Assembly (NCBI GenBank): GCA_030704615.1
Contig: CM060731.1
Span: 15,748,001-15,812,000, forward strand
Origin: Takakia lepidozioides
Taxonomy: Eukaryota > Plantae > Bryophyta
Length of the DNA: 64,000 nucleotides
Direction of reading: 5' to 3'
Part shown: positions 34,290 through 46,720 of the stretch, piece after piece
Layout of the letters: each line of letters begins with the position of its first letter
How positions within the stretch are numbered: the first letter of the stretch is position 1
Translations under genes and position numbers: made by a program
The notes under the pieces: model-generated
Databases searched by the model: none
Seen by the model: only the letters and a program-made list of their open reading frames with translations
What the model was told of the DNA's origin: nothing

Positions 34290-37200
34290 CAGGACTCCAG
34301 GTCCGATGGCATCAAAGATCTCCTCTGGTGTTGGCATGGCATACTTATCGGACTTGGTCTGACGAGAAGAGTGGATCTTCTGAGTCTAAGTCGAGCGAAT
34401 CAGTATGCCCAGAAGAACATGACGGATTATAGGCAGAGACAAGAACAATGATATTTGCAATTATTGCAATGAGTCTGGCCACTGAGCGAGAGAGTGTAAG
34501 AAGAGAAAACTCGACTAGAAGAAAAAGAAGAGTGAACAGGGAAATAGTGCTGAAACTAGTGGTGATGCTTTTGTGTCAGATATATCTATCTTCTCTGACT
34601 CAGATGTGTGGTACATAGACTCTAGGGCATCCACCCATTTGTCTCATCGGAGAGATTGGTTTATTGAGTATGAGAGTATTCCACCTGTTAAGTATGGGGT
34701 ATAACTCTACTCAAGAAGCCACGGGGAAAGGAAAAATTTCCATGTCGATGTTGGTGGGAAGTAACACCATTGAGGCTATACTAACCCATGTCTTACACAT
34801 CCCTGGGATAGCCAAGAATCTCTTCTCTGTGACGAAAGCAACCTCACAAGGTCATATATTCGAGTTTGGAGAGAATAGTTGCCTCATACGAAATAACAAG
34901 AAAGTGGTGGTTGGACATGGTGTTTGTGATAAGTGTCTTTACAAGTTGTTGTGTAGCACCAAATTAGCTGTGGTGGAGAATGCTCATCTTGCTAGTGTTG
35001 GAGGACCAGACAACATCAACTTGTGGCATCAACGGCTAGGTCACCTAAATGGAGAGAGTGCAAAGCTTATGTCACGAAATAAGCTTGTGGATGGTCTTTC
35101 CATATCCGCAAAAGCTGAGTTTATATTCTGTGAGAGCTGTGTGCAAGGGAAGCATTGCAGGGAACCATTTCCGAAGGAAGGAGGTACTCGGACGATGGAG
35201 CTTCTTGGACTAGTTCATACTGACGTGTGGGGACCACCAAACTGGGAAGAATTTGAAGGTACTGCGAAGCGATAATGGAGGAGAATTCATGTCGAAAGAA
35301 TTTCAAGCGTTCTTGAAACTTCACGGAATCCAACACCAAACGTCTACACCATACAGCCCCAAGCAAAATGGAGTTGCTGAGTGCTTAAATCAGGCGATCG
35401 TGGAATCTGCCCGTTGTATGCTTTTCAGCAAAAGTTGCCGTCAAGATATTGGGCGGAAGCTATTAACACAGCTACTTATCTCAAAGCACGAAGTCCCCAC
35501 AAATCTGTTGAAGGGAAGACGCATGAGGAGGTATGGAGTGGGAGAAAACCAACGGTAAAGCATTTAAGGGTTTTTGGTTGTGAGGCTTATGCTCACAAGC
35601 CTGATCAATTGAGGACCAAACTCGAGCCTAAAAGTACAAAATGTATTTTTGTGGGATATAGTTTGGATTCAAAAGCTTACAGGTTAATGAATAAAGCTAC
35701 AGGGAATTAATTGATCATCAGCCGTGATGTTGTGTTCAATGAGGAAACCAACATCAGCTCAACTGACAATTTTTTGGGTAGAGAGGATGAAAGTCAAGTG
35801 GGATCTGAGTCAAAGGAAAAAGAGGTCGTTGAAGATGACAAATCAGACAACGGGGGGGAGCCAACACCACAAACCCCGTTGAGAGATGAATCATCACCTC
35901 CTCGACTTGTTGTTGATTTGCAGATTCCTGCACCAACTAGAGAGGAAATTGTTCCAGAGACCCGTAAGTCTACCCGAGTAAACTTTAAAGAGAGCACCGT
36001 CAAAACTTGTTGATTTTGCTTGCATCGCAACAGGAGAAGAGCCGCTGACTTTGAGAGAAGCCCTTCAAAGGAATGATGCCGAACAGTGGAAGCATGCAGC
36101 AGATAAGGAACACAATTCTCTCATGCAAAATGGCACGTGGCTTTTGACAGAGCTTCCAGAAGGCAAAAGAGCCATAGGCAGTAAATGGGTCTTCAGAATT
36201 AAGCGAAAATCAAATGGCGAAGTGGACAGGTATAAGGCGAGGCTCGTGGCTAAGGGTTTCCTTCAAACACAGGGTGTTGACTTCAGTGAAACTTTTGCCC
36301 CCGTTGCAAAGTTCACTTCCATCCGCACACTGCTAGCCCTTGGAGCAATGCTAGACTTGGAAATTCACCAAATGGACTTGAAGTGTGCATTTCTAAATGG
36401 AGAGCTCACTGAAGACATGTACATGCTGCAGCCCAATGGCTACGAAGTTGCAAATCGAGAGAAGCTTGTTTGCAAACTTAGAAAGACCATATATGGGCTT
36501 AAGCAGTCTCAGAGGGTTTGGAATATGAGAATTGACGAGTTTCTCAAGAGGAGTGGTTTCACGAGGTGCAAGTCAGACCAAAGCATCTATGTGATGACAA
36601 AAAATGGAGGTATGACAGTGTTCCTCGCAATTGACGTGGATGACCTACTCATTCTTAACAAAGATATTAAGGCTGTAAATGAGGTGAAGGCTTTTCTATC
36701 TCTTGAATTCGAAATGAAAGACTTGGGGGAGTTGGAATATTGTCTAGGGATTCAAGTAATCCGTGACAGGGAGAGAGTCTTGGGCAAACAAGGTACATAG
36801 AGGAGTTGCTACGTCGTTTTGGGATGCAAAATTGCAAGCCACTAAGTACACCCCTCGACGTGAATGTTAGATTGTCAATGACTTGCGAATCGGGAACAGA
36901 AACAAGTTGTGATGTACCTGATCATAATTTTCTGTAAAGAGAGGCTGTGGGAAGTCTCATGTATGTGATGATAGCAACAATACTCGATCTTGCTGCTGCA
37001 GTGGGGATTGTGAGTCAGTTTATGAATGACCCAAAGGAAGAACATTGGAGAGCTGTAAAACGGATTTTTCGATACCTCCAGGGAACCAAGAATCTATGGC
37101 TTCAATACTCGCGAACTAGTGATGAGATAGTTACCTTGGATTTTTTCAAAAGGAAGGAACTGTGATATTATGTGACAATTAGGGATGTCTATCCCTAATC

Positions 37201-37886
37201 AAGAATCCCGTTCATCACAGGAAAACTAAACACATAGACATTCAGCACCATTATGTGCGAGAGCTGATGGCTGAAGGAGAAGTTGTGTTCGAGTATCATA
37301 TGCGGATATGAGAGCCGACATATTGACAAAAGCAGTTCCTGGACCCAAACACTCCAAATGCATGGGAATATTGGAACTGAGAGAACTCAACCTTGAGCAA
37401 GGGGGAGTGTCAACTAAGGGTGATCAAGGCTGAGCTTCAGTCTCGGTGATTAGCGCTTGAGTTTCGGAGAAGCCAGCCGATGGTGCTTCAGTTTCGGAGT
37501 TGCCACCTCTAGGGTAGTTGGGGTGCAACTTGCATTAGTTATTAGTTTTGTCTTTTTCTCTTGCAGATAGGTGTGACTTCGAGAATAGTGCCGTTGATAT
37601 AGTTAGCAAGAGCTGCCTCTCACGGAGGTCTCACATGTATATATTGTGTGTCCATCTAATCAGAATTTAATAGGCTTAGTGTTCATCTTAGATTGTAGTC
37701 TCTAAGTCTCTTATGTCTGTCTCAAGTAGTGTCCTCATTTTGTTTACTGCCAGCTTTCTAGGGGAAAAATAAAAAAATAAAAAAAAATTGACGCGTTGCC
37801 GAAGCAAGCGTAACTTATGGTGTCACTTGACCCAGAAGGGCTACTAGCTTCCGGTAAGAAGGTGGACACCTTTGTAACAACCAACA
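34290..37886 (+). mobile_element. 5'-truncated Ty1/copia retrotransposon (gag knuckle, protease, integrase, RT, RNase H, PPT, 3' LTR), degenerate
   Basis: CNYCNESGH*AREC; WYIDSRASTH; LWHQRLGH; LRSDNGGEF; RYKARLVAKGF; IDVDDLLI; KTKHIDIQHHYVRE; PPT gagcaagggggag at 37395-37407. Confidence 0.93.
37408..37886 (+). repeat. 3' LTR of the copia element
   Basis: Begins TGTCAAC right after the PPT and ends CCAACA; no matching 5' LTR in the window. Confidence 0.7.
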
Positions 37887-37947
37887 GGGTGGTTTGAACC
37901 CGCAACCACTGGTAAAAGGGTATATGCCCTTACCACTGGGCTGCATG
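37887..37947 (-). mobile_element. tRNA-like SINE head fragment
   Basis: Reverse complement gcagcccagtggtaagggc...gcgggttcaaaccaccc carries box A- and box B-like motifs. Confidence 0.5.
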
Positions 37948-37989
37948 TTGGTTGTTCAGCTTTCTAATACAGCCTCCTCAAGATGGAGG

Positions 37990-38110
37990 ACGTAGAAAAC
38001 TCACACTTTCTTCATTGGCAATCTAGCCACTATCTTTGCCAGAAGCAAATTGGGCAACACCTAATCGTTGTCAAAGTATGCATTCATGTTGCTACGTTGA
38101 TCCGCCATAG
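37990..38110 (-). pseudogene. 5' fragment of an F-box family copy
   Basis: MADQRSNMNAYFDND*VLPNLLLAKIVARLPMKKV*; followed on the + strand by the same upstream region as the copy at 3456. Confidence 0.8.
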
Positions 38111-38766
38111 CAAAGTGGTCTTAGAGAAAACAAGAGACTACCGCTTGAGTACACAATGGTGCATCGTCAAACCTTGATATTCTAAATGTGACAGATGACA
38201 AACAAACAAAGTGCCCCGGGGAGAGAGACACACAGATCCAAAGAGCTGCCGCTCAATTTAAGCGAGTGGCTCATTCGAATATTCGAAAAATCTGTGCGAA
38301 TTTTATATGAGGATTTGTCACTGGGGGTTCACAGATCTGTCCTAGATTTGAAAATACTCTTCCTTAGTCACCTCCTGAGCAACACTGAGATTTTGAAGTT
38401 TAAAAATTAGTCCTGCTGTTGTAGATTAGTGGCTTGTAGATTGGGATAATTCATGTGCATGAAAGGAGGGTCTAAGTGTAGCAACTTCAAAATGTTTGAA
38501 GAGTCAGCGTTGGATAATTATTATGTTGTTAGCGCGCAAATTCTCAACAAATTTTGTTGGAACGACGCATGTAATTCATGTACATAGACTTCACACACTA
38601 ATTACTGGCATGTAATTTCAAAGATTACAGACATAGGCCACCACAGATCATTAGCCACTCAATGGGCTTCCGAGCACTTGTCAAGTTTTGAAGAGCTCAT
38701 TTTTTATTTGGAGTGGATGAGGTTTTTATTGTGCGTTGACCATGGTTGAGCTAATCGCAAATTGTA

Positions 38767-39280
38767 GGAAGTTAGAGGTCTCTATCCAAACTGCATGCAA
38801 AGAAAATAGATTCCCCCACCTGCCTAGTTTCCTCTAGTTTATTTTATGAAATCGCATTCCGAATTGGACAAGACGGAAGTTAGAGGTCTCTATCCAAACT
38901 GCTTGCAAAGAAAATAGATTCCCCCACCTGCCTAGTTTCCTCTATTATTTTATGAAATCGCATTCCGAATTGGACAAGACGGAAGTTAGAGGTCTCTATC
39001 TACTGCTTGCAAAGAAAATAGATTCCCCAACCTGCCCGGTTGCCTCTAGTTTATTTTATAAAATCGACAAGACGGAAGTTAGAGGTCTCTATCCAAACTG
39101 CATGCAAAGAAAATAGATTCCCCAACCTACCCAGTTGCCTCTAGTTTATTTTATGAAATCACATTCCGAATTGGAAGTTAGAGGTCTCTATCCAAACTGC
39201 TTGCAAAGAAAATAAATTCCCCAACCTGCCCAGTTGCCTCTAGTTTATTTTATAAAATCGCATTCCGAATTGGACAAGAC
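38767..39280. repeat. About 100-bp VNTR upstream of the F-box gene (about five copies here; one at about 4118, two at about 53646, two at about 61913)
   Basis: Unit ggaagttagaggtctctatccaaactgcatgcaaagaaaatagattcccc...cctctagtttattttatgaaatcgcattccgaattggacaagac. Confidence 0.9.
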
Positions 39281-40203
39281 ATTAGAGATGAACTTTTTTA
39301 TGTGGCGGGGTCTCCACCGCTTCATTGTCTCCCATCTTATCAAACCGGTACGCTCACATCGCCTAGTGGAGCACCCAGCCACTCCGCCCATTGAATATTT
39401 GAGGACCCTAGACAGAGGACCCATCACCATTTCTATCACAAGTGTTAAAATACTGTGGCGGTGTTCCCTTCTCGTTCCCTTCCCTGCAATGGATGGTGCT
39501 TCTTGGAGTTGGACCTGCACTTGGTTATTTAAATAATAAACTATGTATTTTAAAAGAAGCTGACGTCTCAACAGCAGTTACAGTAGCCAAGGAAGAAGTA
39601 GGGAAGAAAGTATGGTGCGGAATCAAAAAGTATTGAGGTCTCACTTCATCCCCAAGGGGTAGCCTTTCCTTTTGGAAGGGGGACAGCAGTTAGGGTAGTT
39701 GTTAATTATTAGAGAGATCATTTTCAAGGGGTCCTAGCGGATCTGCAAAGTGAGAGCCAAAAAAAAAACAGGGGATGAAACGGAAATGCATTGAAAGGGA
39801 CTTGGACGAAATAAGCCAAGTGAGGCCTTAGAGTGCGGATAGCACCCTTTAACCAAGATTATCATGTTGTGGGATCCAGAAACGCTTGAGAATTTTGAAG
39901 TTCTAAACAATTGCGACCAGGCCATAGGTATGCAGGAAAATATTAAGAAAATACTCAGTTGAACCATATATATTTATATTTATAAATATAGGGAAACACC
40001 CGGTGGGATCGACCAGTCACAAATCAGGTTAGTGAAGAATAGAAAACAAAATAACCACTTTCAAAGTAATCCAGCATATTTTTATCCCTTTATCAGCAGC
40101 TCATGAAAGCCCACACATGAGAAGGAGCAAGATTTGATCTGGCTGGCACTCATATGCAACTAGCTACTGACTGGTAGTTAAACCACATTATTCTGGAAAA
40201 CAT

Positions 40204-40553
40204 TGTAAGAACTTAAATAAAGGGTCCCAACTTTTGGTATGGGCTATTCCTGAAGGTCGAAGAAAGGGAGAGGATTGGAGCAGCCAATCAGGAGGGAGGG
40301 CACCCCTGTTGGAATGTGAGGCGTCGTGTACAAGCTAGCATAGAAGTAGGAGGGTGGGCCCTCCTAGTTCTAGAGCTTTCCAGAACCGTTCTAGAAGGCT
40401 CCACCGCCGCCTTGAGACAGTATATAAAGAGGGTAAGGGTTGAAGCTCATAGGATTTCTTCCGCCTCCACCTTACCTTGGTGGGCTCTGCAAGCAGGTCC
40501 CCCCTTAGAAAGTGTAAATTCTAAACCAACTTCAGAACTTAATGTACAAGGCT
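40204..40553 (+). mobile_element. LTR-like insertion fragment
   Basis: Starts TGTAAG, contains ccaat and tatataaa; absent at the paralogous site near 5462-5475. Confidence 0.45.
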
Positions 40554-41029
40554 GATCTTTTTACTCATAATAATTTAAACATGCCCGGATCTGATGAATC
40601 ATGTTCCTAACTGCATCCTACCCTCAGGTCACTTCATGGCATTTGCAGACAGGATCAGAGTGTTCCAACTTTTTTGAGTTTGCAACCTCTGCAGGGTATC
40701 AAACAAATTACAAATTTGTTTGAAATTGTAATGTACAGAGACCAGCCTTTCAGCGAATATGACTGGTATCTGGTAATACAAAGAAACATTCTGCTGGCCA
40801 TATGTATCCGCGGTGGACAATAGAAGGGTATCCCTTCTGATTCCTTCACAGGGAATATGACATTCCAAATCAAAAGAGATGCATTAATGTACCTGCCAAA
40901 AGAGAGAAACACAGTGTGTGAGAGAGAGAAATGAAATGAAATGGTGCTTTATAACGTCCGTGGAAAGCTCATAGAGCTTATGGGACAAAATGGAAAGAAA
41001 AACATGAGAAAAAACAGGAAACCAGAGTC

Positions 41030-41200
41030 CTGAAGAGGGTCACTCTCTGATGAGAATACCCCGGACAACGTATCAGAAAATGCATATTGCCCACACATTT
41101 GGCCTTGCCAATCTCCCTTTCCTCTCTGCATCTGTTTATTGTACTCCCCGCCCTAAGTTTAAAATTCAGTCCAGTGCCGAGGGTAGGTATGCCCTTCAGA
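41030..41200 (-). mobile_element. LINE ORF2 zinc-knuckle fragment (paralog at about 55150-55520)
   Basis: MHFLIRCPGYSHQRVTLF, an HxLxxCPxY motif. Confidence 0.6.
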
Positions 41201-41489
41201 TCATCCTGAAGGAATGTACTTCAGCGAACCACATATTATACTATCAATGTGTGGTTCGTCGAAGAACCAAGCCCGAGCCTATTTCCAAACCTAAACCGAA
41301 CCTATATGCGAAGCCATATTATTGGTGCCGAACCTATAAATCTCGCCAAACCAATAGGTTTGATTAGATTCTCATATCCCAACCTAAAAAAATTTGGCCG
41401 CTCACACGCTCACCCGCTCACCACAGCTCATCCCCCCTCAGTGCGTCCTGCCTAATATTTGTTGAAAATCTAAGACGTAGTTGCCTTGC

Positions 41490-41740
41490 AGCCATGTCTT
41501 ACCTTGGAACAGAGAATTGATCCGGTTTTCCAGATATCCTCTAGAAATCCCTTTACAAAAGCATCAATCTGCTGTGTGTGATTTGCCCAATAACCAGGCC
41601 CCAAAAGGGCCTCCAGGGCTTTTGGCTCAGCCTTGAGATTTTCAAAGTTGGAAAACAGAGGTACAGGAACAAATCCCTTGATGGATTTGAAGAGGGTGTC
41701 TCCGGTGAGAGTACCCAGGACAATGAATCAGAAGTGGAAC
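41490..41740 (-). mobile_element. LINE ORF2 extreme C-terminal fragment (paralogs at about 55705-55945 minus and 47160-47440 plus)
   Basis: Near-identical to the 55705-55945 copy, which reads LFKSIKGFVPVPLFSNFEDLKAEPKALEALLGPGYWANHTQQIDACVKGFLEDIWKTR. Confidence 0.55.
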
Positions 41741-44700
41741 AAGGGAGAGAATGAACTCATAAGACGTTGATTGCCATAGCCTAGGAACACACGGAGAGAG
41801 AGAGAGAGAGAGAGGTCACAACCCAGTGTAGATGGGACATGGCTTACCCCATCTCACCCGTGCCTATAACTTGGCCAGCTGGAACCATTTCACCCTCCCT
41901 GTGGAGGCAGCCACCCGCTAACTTTTTGATTGTTGCCAACCGTTGGCCTAAAACAAATAGATAACGCCACAAGAGTCTTCTGTGATACTTTACTCTTTCT
42001 TTTATGAGATGTGAAATGTTTTGAGGAGCACAGGTTTAGAAGAGACAGGTTCAATAGGTTCTGCAGGAACTAAACTGAGCAGGATCTAAATACAAAACCT
42101 TGCACTGTCATCTGACTCAACTCGACTCAACGAAACCAGACAACACTGCAATCAGCCAGAGAGGCTTGCTCCTCCTCAAAACACAGTCTCCACAGGAGCA
42201 CCTTCAGCTCGTGTCAACATTTCCAGGAGGTGATTCTGTTAACATGTAGGATAGCTCATTCACAGTTCTTAAAGTTCCATCGCTTAATCCAAAGGTTGAA
42301 ATAGTGCCTAGGAAAAAGTGGGGAGAACCTACCGCACCCAAGCGGCACTGAGATGCATCAAAATGCTAGTGACGCCGTCGCCATGGTCCACAAGCACATA
42401 ATCCACTCCTCTGTAATAGTACCTGCAGCAGCATCACTACCACTTCCAGAAGCCCTTCATATAACCCACTGAATGGGGAGATGGAAAATTTTGTTTTGTC
42501 AATTGCCATCAAATGAACTGCTTTTAGGCCATCCTTCTAGTGTCAGAATACACCAGGGACCTTGCGGTATAACCCACTGAATGAGGAGATGGAAATTTCG
42601 CTTTGTCAATTGCCATCAAATGAACTGCTGCTAGACCATCCTTCTAGTGTCAGAATACACCAGGGACCTTAACCGCATGGCTTCAATCTTCTGAGTGCTT
42701 GTTGTCTTATTGACTGTCAACATGTTCGGGCTACTGACCTCTCTTCTACAAGAGCAGCCTCCGAGCCTTCTTTACAGGTGTAACAAATTCTGACCCGGCC
42801 TTTTGAGAACCTCAAATTTGGCATAAGTCCATGCTCCTGAGCACAGATGCCATTGTAGAACCGCTGGAGGTAATATTGATGATATTGTGGGCGGGGATGC
42901 AGATACTGAAAAGTTTTACACAGTTACGGGAGATAATCCTGGCAGACTATGATGGTGAGACTGGTCTTTGAAGGCCAAAATGATGGGGAACAGAGCCCAA
43001 GAGGCTGGACAAATCCTTGTTCAGAAGACAGGTTTAATTGACATCCTCACAGCAGAAACTTTAGTTCAGCCCGATCCCTCATGTAGGTTATAAAGAGTTG
43101 GGGTGCTCATAGCTACGGGCCTGGCCAGGACAGAAATCTCTATAGAGAGAACAAATGAAAGCTTTGCGTGTACATTCTAGAATAGTGGCAGAGTAGTGAG
43201 AGAGTGCTCCAGCAAGGCTACGCATCAAATTGTTGACCTCTTGGCTGCTGCGTATGTAGGAAATCAAGCAAGGGTTTTTGGCAGGTAAACATGGGACCGT
43301 GGTGGTAGAGAACATCAAGAAGTTAAGCAAGGAAGCATCCTCCACAAAGCTGTCATCATACACACCCTTGGCTTCACCATTTGGAGCTGTTTCATTGGGG
43401 AGGACTGTAGCCGTTGCACAGTTGCCATTTGGAACAATTTTGGGCTGGTTGCCGGGCAAGTTAAAAAATGAAGACCTGTTCGTTGGGAAGTCGCGAAAGA
43501 TACTGGGATTGTCTTCGGACTGACTCGACTGGATGCATCATGAGGCCAGCTTTCTCAGGAGGGAAATCTTGGTCTATCAGTTGGAATTCTAGAGTGGGGT
43601 ACAGAGGTGCCTTAATAAGCTAGGAGAAGTGAGGTCACGATCATCCATCAAACCATGAAAGAAAGTTGGCTCATTGATATTTTTCTTGCTTGAGCCATTT
43701 ATTCTTACGTCCAATGTAAATTTTGTTTGACCATATGTGAATAGCAAACCGTCAATGATAGCTTTATCATGTTCTCCCGCAGCCAGGCGTGTTCAGCAAT
43801 TTATTGGCAGTCCACGGTATTATCCATTTCCGAGTTGGCTAAATCCCCTGTTCCAAAGATTGTGTACATTCGTGAACTTACAATGAAGTACCACAGACAC
43901 ATGAGAACCTTTCCTGACATTAATAGACAAACATGGCCACATAGGCCCTCTTTGTTGTGAACTCCGGAGCACATGATGATCCCCTCCTCTGCAGTGGGTT
44001 ACTGCTCAGTCATCATACACTTTACTGTCGAACTCATGCCAATGGCCGCCCCGTGCAGTAATTCCTTTGTCAGCCTGTTTTATTCAAGGTTGAGAAGAAG
44101 CTCGAGCCTTTCGTCTCCCTGTCATGCCTTTGAACAGGAAACAGAAAGGGGGAAGATCATTCTTAAGGTCCTCACCAATTTCACAAACTGGAAGTACGTA
44201 TATTAAAGGGAGAGAGATAATTGGTCAGAAGATGGAGAGAGAGAAAAAATCAGTGTATGTACTGAAGCATGCTCACATTGTTAATGATGAGAAGGTTGCC
44301 TATTTGCCAAGGAGACTCAAGGTAGTTTGTATAACAAATGCCATTGTTTGTTATTATAGCTGACTCTTAAAGAGCCAATCTCTTTAATAAGAAATCAGTG
44401 CCTGGAGATAGATGTCACAACACAGGTGGTAATTTTGGGCTTGGATCATATCTGAATTCACTAGTCCCCAGCTCGCAACCTTCCACATTTTCCATCTCAC
44501 AGTCTCTAACGAAGTGCTTGTAGGACTGGGGACTATCGAACTTCTCAGAATGCCATGTGATAGAGGGGGAGCATTACCTCTGCTGGAGCTGGTTGGATGG
44601 GGATCCCAGCACAGAGAAACTTACTGCCAGTTCCTGGCCGGTAATCTGGGGACCTACTATCCAAGGATTAGGTGTTGACCTAAGGGACCAGAATCAATGA

Positions 44701-45902
44701 AATCTAACTGTACAACAAAGATAATTTCTCTTGCCGTAAATGCATAATACAAAATGTACCTGGAAGCATCATTTGATTAGGGACCCTCTCACAATCGATT
44801 TGCTTCTTAGCAGCAACAGCCAGTGAAGACAAAAGGCCTAGTCCATTGATGTTTGATTCAGGCCCAACTGTGCTGATTGGCCCTTCACTTCCTGCTCACA
44901 ATTGTTTTGTTCCTGTCATAAAACCAGAGAAGCTCACATCAGAACGTATAGGCTTACAAGAGATGGCGTGGTAACTGAAAAAGAGAGTCTGTATTGATGG
45001 AATCGAACACGAATTTTACAGTGTCTCTGAAAACATTGATTTTATGAGTTCAACTCAAATGAACCAAGACGAGAGTGTCTAAAACGATTGCAAACAATTT
45101 TCATCTCTCCATATGTCCAAATGTTTCTGTCCACACTGGCACCAGATCATATGGACATCATCTCCCTAGAGTTTGCTGGCACTGGGAAAGGGTTGAGACT
45201 GAGCTGCTCAACTACTCCCTGGTCTTACACAGTGGTTTTAAAGGGAACTTCACATGAATTGCTGGCCCTGAGCTTCCCACGTACCAACTTTTAGACTAGG
45301 TAGTCTCCACAGTCACTCAGGCTACATTGGCAATGGGAGCATTAAGACTCTCAACTATGGTTGTACAAGATATCAGGTGGGGTTTGTGTAGGAAAAGATG
45401 TAAACAAAGTCCCATCACTACAAATACATACAGATCCATCTGCACTTTTCCAGTGCTCAAAGACTGGCACAGGCATCAGAATACACATGAGGTTGACCTA
45501 CCAGGCGTCACCCATTCACAATCTCCAAAGCCTCCCTGCCACACCCAGTACATAAACAGAGTACACATAAGTTCCCCACTACCCCAAGGATGCTCTGAAG
45601 ACAGTCTTCCTCCCACCAACAGAAATTCAAATTTTTTCAGAAGCGGCAACACGATACAATGAACTTAACAAGTCACAACCCATTGGATAAAACCATTCAT
45701 GTCAGTACGGCAAGACCATCTACCTCTCACAGGAAAGTTCTAACCAGTGATTTAGGTCATCGTCACATGGCTACATCTTTCTGAGAAGTCTGTTGCTAGT
45801 TTATGCAGCAGTAAAATAATATGAGTGGCGCTTAGAAGTGGCGCATAGCAAATTTCCAAAATAAAAGGCCCCAAGAGGGTTAGTTAAGGCTGTGACAATA
45901 TC

Positions 45903-46124
45903 CATTTTCTTTATCTTGCATTCAACATTTTGAACACTAGTCTTCCAGCGAGATGAGCAAACTGCATTGGTCTGGAATATCTGGACATCAGCCTGAACAA
46001 CCTTACAAGTTCGATACCCTTGTGGCTTTCATCTCTCACCTCTCTTGAGAACTTGCTGCTAACATCGAACTCTATTACTGGTGTCATACCTATGACCCTT
46101 GGGTAGCTAGTGAACCTCACCTGA
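45903..46124 (+). pseudogene. Plant extracellular LRR fragment (LRR-RLK/RLP-like)
   Basis: LEYLDISLNNLTSSIPLWLSSLTSLENLLLTSNSITGVIPMTLG*LVNL, with in-frame stops. Confidence 0.8.
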
Positions 46125-46444
46125 GCTGGGAAATCTTATAAATTTGGAAAAGTTCATTTTGAACTCCAACCAACTCAGCCAGGGTGGGGTAAATCAATTG
46201 GCTTCAAATGGGTAAAGGGAAGAGAAACGTTCTTGGTTAGTCTAATGCAGTTTTGTGAACTCAGGGGCACACATGTTGGGGTGGCTCTATCACAGCACCA
46301 CCAAAGTAGCAAATACCACAGCTGTGCCAGTGCTTGGCTGCAGAGGGGCCCGGTAAGTCTGTCTACTACCTTCCCCATTGATTGTAGAATAAGCTGCAGA
46401 AATACGTATTCCCCCTACTGCGACCCGAAGAGCTCACTCCTGCA

Positions 46445-46720
46445 GTGGAGCATTTTGCCTGTATGGTGGACCTTCTTGGCCGTGCAGGGCAATTGGATGA
46501 GGCAGAGACGTTTATTAACCAAACGCCAATGGAACCACATGCTGCTGTGTTGGGGGGGCTTGTTTGGGGCCTGCAGAATTCATGGCAATGTGGAAATTGC
46601 AGAACGTGCAGCAAAATAGCTTATTAAGTGGGATCCAGAAGATGCTGCCACTTATGTGATACTATCGAACATCTATGCTGCAGCTGGCAGGTGGAATCAT
46701 GCAGCACATGTGAGAAAAAT
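46445..46720 (+). pseudogene. PPR S2/E1/E2 domain fragment
   Basis: EHFACMVDLLGRAGQLDEAETFINQTPMEPHAAV / LFGACRIHGNVEIAERAAK* / [22 protein letters not shown]; frameshift and stop. Confidence 0.9.

Noticed and set aside
37727-37731. TAGTG as the missing right end of the large CACTA element
   Set aside because: It lies inside the copia LTR, and neither the preceding bases nor the 3-bp TSD match the left terminus
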